DNA of 58,907 nucleotides from a virus (lineage: Duplodnaviria > Caudoviricetes), in IMG/VR virus record IMGVR_UViG_3300032237_000741, positions 1 to 58,907 of that record. One strand, given 5' to 3'. Position 1 is the stretch's first letter; each line of letters starts with the position of its first letter. Both the position numbers and the translations under genes were made by a program. A model generated the notes under the pieces. It was not told where the DNA came from. It made no database searches and saw only the letters and a list, made by a program, of their open reading frames with translations. This document shows, piece after piece, positions 21,052 through 28,494 of the stretch.

Positions 21052-21080
21052 AAATACTCCTCACGTCAAATGGGAGTATT
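21052..21080 (+). terminator. Hairpin related to the 18766 terminator
   Basis: Shares AAATACTCCTCACG and the GGAGTATT arm. Confidence 0.5.
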
Positions 21081-21090
21081 CTACTATTAA

Positions 21091-21124
21091 TTTGGTACTT
21101 GTAAAAGGAATCAATATATTTAAG
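21091..21124 (+). promoter_or_regulatory. Bacteroidota-type promoter TTTG-N20-TATATTTAAG
   Basis: Exact motif and spacing. Confidence 0.65.
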
Positions 21125-21141
21125 TACAATCAAAATAAGTT

Positions 21142-21402
21142 ATGGCAAAAGAAACAAAAACAGACAAGAATGCGAATCTTGGTTCATTTGTGGATGCAAT
21201 TACTCCGGAACCTAAAATAATCACAGAAGATTTCATTGACTTCGATGCGTTGCATGCTACAATAGACGCGTCTCCCGCTCAAAAAGAATTGATAGAAAGA
21301 ATGATTGACATGGTACTTTCATGTGACCGTCAAAAGAAATTTCTTTCATTAGGTGAACAATTTGCATTCAATACTTTGACAAAAATGAAAATAATTGTTT
21401 AA
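21142..21402 (+). CDS. Hypothetical protein
   Basis: 86-aa ORF directly behind a promoter. Confidence 0.6.
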   Translation: MAKETKTDKNANLGSFVDAITPEPKIITEDFIDFDALHATIDASPAQKELIERMIDMVLSCDRQKKFLSLGEQFAFNTLTKMKIIV

Positions 21403-21441
21403 TTCACAAGAATTTGGTATATTTAAGAATAAATAAAAATT

Positions 21442-21999
21442 ATGGGAACATTTAAAATAGCAAAACAATTTGACTTTTGTTATGGCCACAGGGTATGGTC
21501 ACAAGAACTAAACTCTGAGTACTCGGAAGATACTTGCTTAGCTTGTAGACACTTACATGGACACCAAGGAACTATAATTGTATTTCTAGAAAGTATAGAA
21601 AATGTTCTTGATAAAGGTATGGTAACTGATTTCAAGCATTTAGGATGGTTTAAAAAATGGTTGGATGATGTATTAGACCATAAATTTATAATGGATGTTA
21701 ACGATCCATTATTTGAGTGGGAATTTCCAGAATTTAAAGAAATACCATTAGAAATGTGGACAGACTCACATACAGAAGGACACTTAACGATTAGGCAAGA
21801 TTTGATTAAGTATTTACCTGAAAAGTGTTTGCAAGAAAAATATGAAGGAGCCGTTTTTGTAAATTTTGTGCCAACATCAGAAAATTTGTCAGCATGGATA
21901 CATCAAGTTGTCGATGCAAAAATGTCAAAAATAGGAATCAGATGTTCGCAAATTCAATTCTTTGAAACGCCTAGATCTCAAAGCAATTATATAGCTTAG
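21442..21999 (+). CDS. queD: 6-carboxytetrahydropterin synthase QueD
   Basis: FCYGHR, CRHLHGH, GMVTDF, LDH, PTSENL, ETP. Confidence 0.9.
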   Translation: MGTFKIAKQFDFCYGHRVWSQELNSEYSEDTCLACRHLHGHQGTIIVFLESIENVLDKGMVTDFKHLGWFKKWLDDVLDHKFIMDVNDPLFEWEFPEFKEIPLEMWTDSHTEGHLTIRQDLIKYLPEKCLQEKYEGAVFVNFVPTSENLSAWIHQVVDAKMSKIGIRCSQIQFFETPRSQSNYIA

Positions 22000-22048
22000 T
22001 GAGAAAGGTGTATTCGAATACGATGATCGTAAAATTTAAAATCAAAAT

Positions 22049-22276
22049 ATGAAAACAATATTCAGTAATGGAACTTACCAAAGAGTAAGTGATGAAATCG
22101 CTGAGCACGAAGTTAAAATGGGTCGTGCTAAATACGCTCCTAAATCAGAGTGGAAAACAAAAGTACGTGACGCACAAAAGTCTGCAGAAGTTGCTGAGTC
22201 GGATGCAAAAGGTGAGATGACTAAATCTAAAAAAGCTGAAAAAGCAGCTAAGTTAAAAGCAAAACAAAGAGCGTAA
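22049..22276 (+). CDS. Small basic hypothetical protein
   Basis: 75-aa Lys-rich ORF with RVSDE.A...YAPKSEWK. Confidence 0.65.
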   Translation: MKTIFSNGTYQRVSDEIAEHEVKMGRAKYAPKSEWKTKVRDAQKSAEVAESDAKGEMTKSKKAEKAAKLKAKQRA

Positions 22277-22277
22277 G

Positions 22278-22491
22278 ATGAGCAAGATTTGATAGGACTC
22301 AAGACTTGTATATTGAAATATTCGGTCTTAGCGATTTAGACTTTTACAAGATTAAAATGTTTAAAAAAATAAAAGAATATGAGAATCTTAATTTAGAATT
22401 GCTTCCATTATATAGAAACGATTTTGATTCGAAAAATTCATATTCATTGAAACTAACAGAATTTTTAAATAAAAATTATGAGCAAAATTAA
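22278..22491 (+). pseudogene. Decayed endonuclease insertion: duplicated queE start (MSKI*) plus a nuclease C-terminal remnant
   Basis: ATGAGCAAGATT vs queE ATGAGCAAAATT; DLYIEIFGL...YKIKMFKKIKEY resembles a PD-(D/E)xK endonuclease tail; overlaps the queE start. Confidence 0.55.
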
Positions 22492-23362
22492 TACAAATAA
22501 GTTATTGATATCAAGCGACTTCCTAAGCGTGCAAGGGGAGGGTATTTCAACAGGAATACCTTCATACTTTGTTCGTTTAGGTCTTTGTAATTTGACTTGC
22601 GGTATGAGTAATAAATTTCTCAACCAACTCGTTAAAGATAAAAAGCTAGAAGATGGAGAAATTTTCATTGGCGACTTGCAAGCTGAAGGTAAAGCAACTT
22701 GGACTTGCGATTCAACTTCGCAATGGGCTTGGAGAGGTGAAGATAAAGAGTTTCAGTATCTAATAGACCAATGGAAAGAACAAGATATCTATGATGATAT
22801 TTTAAATGGTACAATCCACATTATTTGGACAGGCGGTGAGCCTACAATTAAAGGACATCAAGAAGCGATTGTAAATTTTTATAAATACTGGTATGGCCAA
22901 GGATTTGATATTGCCGAGATTAGTACAGCTTTTAACGAAGCTAGAAAGCCAATAAATAGTATACTTACTTCATTCAATGAAATTGAAACTAATGGAACAA
23001 ATTACATTGAGCAACCACTATTTAAAATACTGAACCAAATCAACTGTTCTCCGAAACTTTCGAATTCAGGTTTAGCTGAAAAACAGCGTATTAAACCTGA
23101 AGCTATTAAGCGTATAATGGAACATTCAAATTATCAATTCAAATTCGTAATTTCCAATGAAGAAGATGTACAAGAAATATTTCGCGACTTTATCGTACCA
23201 TTTGGCATACCTTTGTCCAAAGTTGTTTGTATGCCAGGATTAGATGATGTAGCCAATTTCGAAGAGAGGACACGTTTTGTTTTAGAAATGGCTAAGAAGT
23301 ATAAGTTCAGAGGTCTTACTCGATTGCACATCGCAGCGTGGAACCAGACGTTAAATGTATAA
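22478..23362 (+). CDS. queE: 7-carboxy-7-deazaguanine synthase QueE (radical SAM)
   Basis: SVQGEG, FVRLGLCNLTC...CDS, TGGEP, EIETNGT, SPKL, KFVI, RLH. Confidence 0.9.
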   Translation: MSKINTNKLLISSDFLSVQGEGISTGIPSYFVRLGLCNLTCGMSNKFLNQLVKDKKLEDGEIFIGDLQAEGKATWTCDSTSQWAWRGEDKEFQYLIDQWKEQDIYDDILNGTIHIIWTGGEPTIKGHQEAIVNFYKYWYGQGFDIAEISTAFNEARKPINSILTSFNEIETNGTNYIEQPLFKILNQINCSPKLSNSGLAEKQRIKPEAIKRIMEHSNYQFKFVISNEEDVQEIFRDFIVPFGIPLSKVVCMPGLDDVANFEERTRFVLEMAKKYKFRGLTRLHIAAWNQTLNV

Positions 23363-23401
23363 TGATTGATAATCAAACAGGTAAACAAAAAGATATAACA
23401 G

Positions 23402-23587
23402 ATGTCACTAACTGGTAAGTTAACAGTAGAAATCGTAAAAGATTACGATTACAGTAAGTATTTGGTTGAAGGGACTGTTTTGCAGTCTTGCAAAGAACAT
23501 AAAAGACACTTTACTGGAATATTTGCGTCTATGTTTGGCTCGTATATCGTTAAAGTACCTAAACAATATTGCAAAATAATAGTATGA
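23402..23587 (+). CDS. Small hypothetical protein
   Basis: 61-aa ATG ORF filling an intergenic gap. Confidence 0.45.
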   Translation: MSLTGKLTVEIVKDYDYSKYLVEGTVLQSCKEHKRHFTGIFASMFGSYIVKVPKQYCKIIV

Positions 23588-23638
23588 AATTAAAATAATC
23601 ACTGTAAAGTTTAAACCTTTGCATAAACAGTCTATATA

Positions 23639-24076
23639 ATGCATATACAAAATCGAAAAGCTTATTACGAATATTACATTATTGAAGAATATAATGCCGG
23701 AATGTGTCTTGTCGGTTCGGAAGTAAAGTCTATTCGAAATTCAGAAGCTTCAATTTCTGAAGCATTTGTATATATTTCTAATTCAGAAATATTCATTAAA
23801 GGAATGTTTATTAACAAGTATAAACAGGCAGTTCATAACAATCATGAAGAAGTTCGAGATAGAAAATTACTTTTAAACAAAAAGGAAATATGTCGAATTG
23901 CTGAACAATTACAAATACCAGGTTATACTTGCATACCATTATTTTTAAAAGATGTTAACGGTAAAATCAAGATAACAATTGCAGTTGCAAAAGGAAAGAA
24001 GTTATGGGATAAAAAAGAATCTATACGAGAAAAAGATATTAAATTACAAACACAAAGAGAATTAAATAAATACTAA
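23639..24076 (+). CDS. smpB: SsrA-binding protein SmpB
   Basis: NRKAYYEY, AGMCLVGSEVKSIR, RDRKLLLNKKEI, KGKKLWDKKE. Confidence 0.93.
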   Translation: MHIQNRKAYYEYYIIEEYNAGMCLVGSEVKSIRNSEASISEAFVYISNSEIFIKGMFINKYKQAVHNNHEEVRDRKLLLNKKEICRIAEQLQIPGYTCIPLFLKDVNGKIKITIAVAKGKKLWDKKESIREKDIKLQTQRELNKY

Positions 24077-24079
24077 GTT

Positions 24080-24394
24080 ATGAATATTAATCAAGTACAA
24101 CCTCTCGGAGATCGAGTTTTGGTTAAAGAAATCAAGCAAGAAAAAGTTAAGAAAACAGCTTCTGGAATTATTATTCCAGATTCCGCAACTGCGGAAGACG
24201 TGAAGTATGCTACAGTGGTAGCTGTTGGACCTGGACTGTTCACTCAAAACGGAATAGCTATTCCAATGACTGTTCAGGCAGGCGATACAGTCATTCTTCC
24301 TTCATTCCATCAAGCACAGAAAATGAAGATGGATGGTGTTGAGTATGATTTGCTACGAGAATCTGAATTGGTGGCCGTTTTGAAAAATTCATAA
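24080..24394 (+). CDS. groES: Co-chaperonin GroES
   Basis: PLGDRVLV, TASGIIIPDSA, VAVGPG, LLRESEL. Confidence 0.95.
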   Translation: MNINQVQPLGDRVLVKEIKQEKVKKTASGIIIPDSATAEDVKYATVVAVGPGLFTQNGIAIPMTVQAGDTVILPSFHQAQKMKMDGVEYDLLRESELVAVLKNS

Positions 24395-24434
24395 GAAACC
24401 CATATATTAAGGTATAAAAGAATCAATTAATTAG

Positions 24435-25070
24435 ATGAGTAAAAGTTTAAAAGTTGGCAACGATTCGATACCAATGACAGCCGAGGAAAAGAAATTGATG
24501 ATAGAGGATGCTGCTGCTAAATACGCAGAGTTTCTCAGGGCATTAAAGTTTACTAATTTTGAAGAAGATCCCAATATGCGAGATACGCCTCGAAGAGTAG
24601 CCAAAGCTTTTATAGAAGACTTGTATCAAGGTTGTTATACAGCTCCTCCAAAAATAACAGCATTTGACAATGTTAACGCTTATGATGGAATGGTTTTTCA
24701 AGGTAACATTACAGTTAACTCTACATGTAGTCATCACACCCTCCCCTTTACGGGCAAAGCACATGTTGCTTACATACCTTCAGAATCTGGTAAAGTGATT
24801 GGACTTTCAAAGCTTAATCGAATAGTCGAGTTTTTTGCTCGCAGACCACAGGTTCAAGAAAACTTAACAATGCAAATTCAAAATTACATTGACAAAGTTT
24901 GTACTGGTAATAAAGGTGTTGCTGTTATGATTGAAGCAAATCATATGTGCGCGTGTGTTCGCGGTGTAAAACATAACTCAACCATGATGACGTCTAAAAT
25001 GTCTGGAGCGTTTTTAGATTCAGATGCCACACGGAATGAATTTTATCGTTTTGTTGATAAATTAGACTAA
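24435..25070 (+). CDS. folE: GTP cyclohydrolase I
   Basis: [38 protein letters not shown]. Confidence 0.95.
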   Translation: MSKSLKVGNDSIPMTAEEKKLMIEDAAAKYAEFLRALKFTNFEEDPNMRDTPRRVAKAFIEDLYQGCYTAPPKITAFDNVNAYDGMVFQGNITVNSTCSHHTLPFTGKAHVAYIPSESGKVIGLSKLNRIVEFFARRPQVQENLTMQIQNYIDKVCTGNKGVAVMIEANHMCACVRGVKHNSTMMTSKMSGAFLDSDATRNEFYRFVDKLD

Positions 25071-25420
25071 TGACAGCCTTTAAAAGGGAAGAAAGATTAA
25101 GCGTTCTGCAGTCCATGGCGACACAACGTACGGTATCTGCAGAACACTTTAAAAAGTTGTATTCAATAATTTTGAAATATGATGTTCCAAAGCATGTGGA
25201 CAGAGATTTCGTATTCGAAAGTTTGATTCGGTATTTTTCTTCAATTGAAGATTACATCAAATGCTCGAAATTGGTAAATCGTAAAAAAGATTTGAATAAA
25301 CATCGTTATTTGAAAAATTCTTTTGAAAACGTCAGTAGCGAAGAATTGGAGACTCTTAAAAGTTTAGGATACACCATTCCAGATAGTATTACAATTCAAG
25401 TATTAATAAACAATAAGTAA
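25070..25420 (+). CDS. Hypothetical protein
   Basis: 116-aa ORF coupled to folE; YF..IEDYIKC motif. Confidence 0.55.
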   Translation: MTAFKREERLSVLQSMATQRTVSAEHFKKLYSIILKYDVPKHVDRDFVFESLIRYFSSIEDYIKCSKLVNRKKDLNKHRYLKNSFENVSSEELETLKSLGYTIPDSITIQVLINNK

Positions 25421-25792
25421 CTGGCTCGCTGTTAAATACAAAAACAATTTATTAAACATGGAACAAATTATGTCATTTATTTTTGGAATGCTTACGATAA
25501 CAGGAATCGCAGCAGTTGCAACTATAGTTGTAGGTATTGTGAAGATATTCAAGCAAAACTATCGTATTAGAAACGTTGAGTCTACCATCGAACAGATATG
25601 GTCGACCATGTACACTAAAGAAATCAATGTGTACAAAAAAATGAATGAACGTCATTCAGAAATTTATAGAAAGATAAATTCTATGGAAGAAGTATTAAGT
25701 CGTCAACTAGACAGTGTCGAACATTGCATTGATACTAGCTTGACTAAAAAAGAAATACTTAAAGGTTAATCATTTTTAACAGCGAGTCAGTT
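25419..25792. repeat. 18-bp inverted repeat bracketing a single gene
   Basis: AACTGGCTCGCTGTTAAA (25419-36) vs TTTAACAGCGAGTCAGTT (25775-92); one mismatch, G-U compatible. Confidence 0.85.
25458..25769 (+). CDS. Membrane-anchored coiled-coil protein
   Basis: N-terminal hydrophobic helix FIFGMLTITGIAAVATIVVGIV. Confidence 0.65.
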   Translation: MEQIMSFIFGMLTITGIAAVATIVVGIVKIFKQNYRIRNVESTIEQIWSTMYTKEINVYKKMNERHSEIYRKINSMEEVLSRQLDSVEHCIDTSLTKKEILKG

Positions 25793-25799
25793 TAATTTT

Positions 25800-27200
25800 A
25801 TGAAAAGAGTATTATTCTGTATAAACAGACAAAATTGTAAACCGTCATCTGGACATGGAATTTTCATGTTAGGCGTAGTTCAAACTTTAAAAGAAAAAGG
25901 GCACTACATCGATATAGTGACTGATGGTGAACCCGAAGAAAACTTCATTGCCAAGTACAACGTAAACATATACGCGCCGGATAAAAAGGAAAGATTAGGT
26001 TACACCAATCACAACAACTTATTTCAATTTGCAGATTCATTCAACTTTGAAAAAGCACTGAACTTCAGAAGTTCTATTACCAAAGCACTTTCAAATCACA
26101 TTTACGATTTGATAATTTGCAATGACACTGAATCTGCCTTTGTGTGCCATCAAATGGGTTTGGGAAAATTAACAAAATTAGCTACATACGCACATGAGTG
26201 TGTAACTATAAACCCAGCATTGAAAGAAGGAGTGTTCAAAGACTGTTATTATGACTTAATTCAAAGTATGATGATTTTCCCAGATATCATAACTTTAATT
26301 CAAACCAATAAAAATTTAGACAAGCTTGAAGAAGTGATTCCTTACAATCACAACTGTTATGTACAACCGTACCCTTTAACAGATTCCACCCCCATTACTG
26401 GACTTGAGAAAGATGGCTTACTCTTTATAGGAAGACATGAAGATAGGAAGAATCCGGGTATGTATATTAAGTTATTGGCCGGTATTAAAGAGAAGTACGG
26501 TGTAGAGATCAAGGCAAAAGTTTTAACTCGTTCAGCACACGTTAAAAAGTTTGAAGCTGACTTTGCTAGTATAGGACATACTAATTATGAAATCAAAGCA
26601 GATGTGGTAGGTGAAGAAAAAGCAAAAATGATTCAATCTTCAAAAATGGCATTCATGCCATACAAAAATGAATCTTTTGGAATTGCTGTGTTAGAAGCTT
26701 TGCGATTCATGCCGACTATAGTACTATCTAAGTACAACTGGCATTACAACTTTCACAGTTTCTCTAATTTAATTCAATGTTCAGATAAAGAGTTAATTGA
26801 AACTGCTTGGAAAGCATACGAAAACTTTTCTGTCATTGAAAAAACTGTTGAGGATGAATTTGAAAATTATCAGTCTGAATTTAAAAAGAGTTTGATGCTG
26901 TTGTTACACGATTCTGTTGACGTGAAAGCTAAACAAGAACCTCGAAATCGTTTATATAACTATCTACAAGAAAACAAAGGTCATTGGAAATGCTTAGAGT
27001 CTTACTTTAAAACAGAAAATACAAAAAAATGTGTGTATTTGACATCTGATATTGAAACACTTTACACGGGTAAAGGATGGTTTGAAGTTTATCATACAGA
27101 CTTGTATACATTTTTAGGAGTTCCTGACAATGGAAAGATTCAAATGGCAACTGTAACAAATAACACAAATACAACAGAATTACCTAGTTTTTTCGATTAG
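25800..27200 (+). CDS. GT-B (GT4-like) glycosyltransferase
   Basis: LFIGR...RKN, ESFGIAVLEAL. Confidence 0.8.
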   Translation: MKRVLFCINRQNCKPSSGHGIFMLGVVQTLKEKGHYIDIVTDGEPEENFIAKYNVNIYAPDKKERLGYTNHNNLFQFADSFNFEKALNFRSSITKALSNHIYDLIICNDTESAFVCHQMGLGKLTKLATYAHECVTINPALKEGVFKDCYYDLIQSMMIFPDIITLIQTNKNLDKLEEVIPYNHNCYVQPYPLTDSTPITGLEKDGLLFIGRHEDRKNPGMYIKLLAGIKEKYGVEIKAKVLTRSAHVKKFEADFASIGHTNYEIKADVVGEEKAKMIQSSKMAFMPYKNESFGIAVLEALRFMPTIVLSKYNWHYNFHSFSNLIQCSDKELIETAWKAYENFSVIEKTVEDEFENYQSEFKKSLMLLLHDSVDVKAKQEPRNRLYNYLQENKGHWKCLESYFKTENTKKCVYLTSDIETLYTGKGWFEVYHTDLYTFLGVPDNGKIQMATVTNNTNTTELPSFFD

Positions 27201-27233
27201 GGTTTTTTATATTTAATAAAATCAGTAAATTAT

Positions 27234-28349
27234 ATGAGTAAAATTATTTACGTTCCTTTGGAAAATCTTACACAGCGATATACCCGGATGATGAACGAAG
27301 CTATCTATCCATTAGTAGATGTTTCTTTGTATCCAACAGTAGAAGTTCCTGCTGAAATTAAGAAAGGACAGTTTTTAGACATTGTTAATACTTGCAAATT
27401 CAAAGCAGCTCAGCTGCAAATGATTGCAGATTTTTTCAATGATGGTAAAGTTGAAAATGGTGATATATTTTTAATCGGAGACATTTTCTTCCCTGGCATT
27501 GAAATGATTAAGTACATGTCTGAACTACAAGACATGGAAGTTAAAGTCTATGGCATTAACTATGCTGGCAGGGCGGACGAAACAGACTTTGTTCAAAAGC
27601 TTTCAGAATGGGCAGACTACTCAGAAGCTGGGTATCATTACATTTGTGATGGAATTTTTGTAGGAAGTGAACATCATAATGCAAATGTATGTGAATATTT
27701 CGAAATCAACCCAGATTGTGTACACACAACGGGCTATGTATGGGATTTGAAGTACATGAATTCATATAAAGATTTGATTGGTGTGGTAGAAAAAGAAGAA
27801 TTTGTTATTTGGCCTCATAGGTGGTGTTCTGAAAAGGGAATAGATGAACTTTGTGAGTTTGCAAAATTGACTGATAAGAAAATTGTTGTAACTTCTTCAG
27901 GTCCTGTTAAAGACGTTGGTACAGTGCCTAGAAATATTGAATTCCGATTCAATTTAACCAAGTTGGAATATTTCACTTTGATGGCAAAGGCAAAATGGTA
28001 TTTAAACACGGCCTATCAGGAGACGCAAGGATATACGATTTTAGAAGCAATATTTTTCAGATGTAATATACTAGTTCCGAACAGAGCTTGTTGTCCAGAG
28101 ATGGTTCCACATATAAATGTGTACAATGATATTAAAGAAGTTGATAAAAAGTTCGACACTTTAGATTTGGCAGTGCCCATGATATGGACTGAACGTATAC
28201 ATAACAATGCTAAGACTATGATTGATATTATTAAAGGAAATGAATATAAACTATATAAAGATATATATTCAGAACCGATGTCGGAAGAGCAAAAAAAGAA
28301 AATTTCTGAAACTAAAAACAAACAAAAACCTGAAAGTTTAGAAAAATAA
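27234..28349 (+). CDS. GT-B-like glycosyltransferase
   Basis: WPHRWCSEKG, ETQGYTILEA, PNRACCPEM. Confidence 0.7.
   Translation: MSKIIYVPLENLTQRYTRMMNEAIYPLVDVSLYPTVEVPAEIKKGQFLDIVNTCKFKAAQLQMIADFFNDGKVENGDIFLIGDIFFPGIEMIKYMSELQDMEVKVYGINYAGRADETDFVQKLSEWADYSEAGYHYICDGIFVGSEHHNANVCEYFEINPDCVHTTGYVWDLKYMNSYKDLIGVVEKEEFVIWPHRWCSEKGIDELCEFAKLTDKKIVVTSSGPVKDVGTVPRNIEFRFNLTKLEYFTLMAKAKWYLNTAYQETQGYTILEAIFFRCNILVPNRACCPEMVPHINVYNDIKEVDKKFDTLDLAVPMIWTERIHNNAKTMIDIIKGNEYKLYKDIYSEPMSEEQKKKISETKNKQKPESLEK
28240..28349 (+). pseudogene. Possible relic of a NUMOD3/HNH endonuclease absorbed into the GT C-terminus
   Basis: Alternate-frame MNINYIKIY start and in-frame MSEEQKKKISE NUMOD3-like motif. Confidence 0.4.
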
Positions 28350-28350
28350 T

Positions 28351-28491
28351 ATGAAGAATTTATTAATAGCTATTCTTGTATTTATCGAATTAGTTTTTAG
28401 CATCGCAGTTGTCAGTTGTCGTAGTGCTAAGCCAATGACGTGCGAAGAATTGCACAAACAGAAACATATTAATTCATGTACTAAATTATAA
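28351..28491 (+). CDS. Small putative lipoprotein (46 aa, not in the ORF track)
   Basis: MKNLLIAILVFIELVFSIAVVS-C signal/lipobox-like sequence. Confidence 0.5.
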   Translation: MKNLLIAILVFIELVFSIAVVSCRSAKPMTCEELHKQKHINSCTKL

Positions 28492-28494
28492 AAA

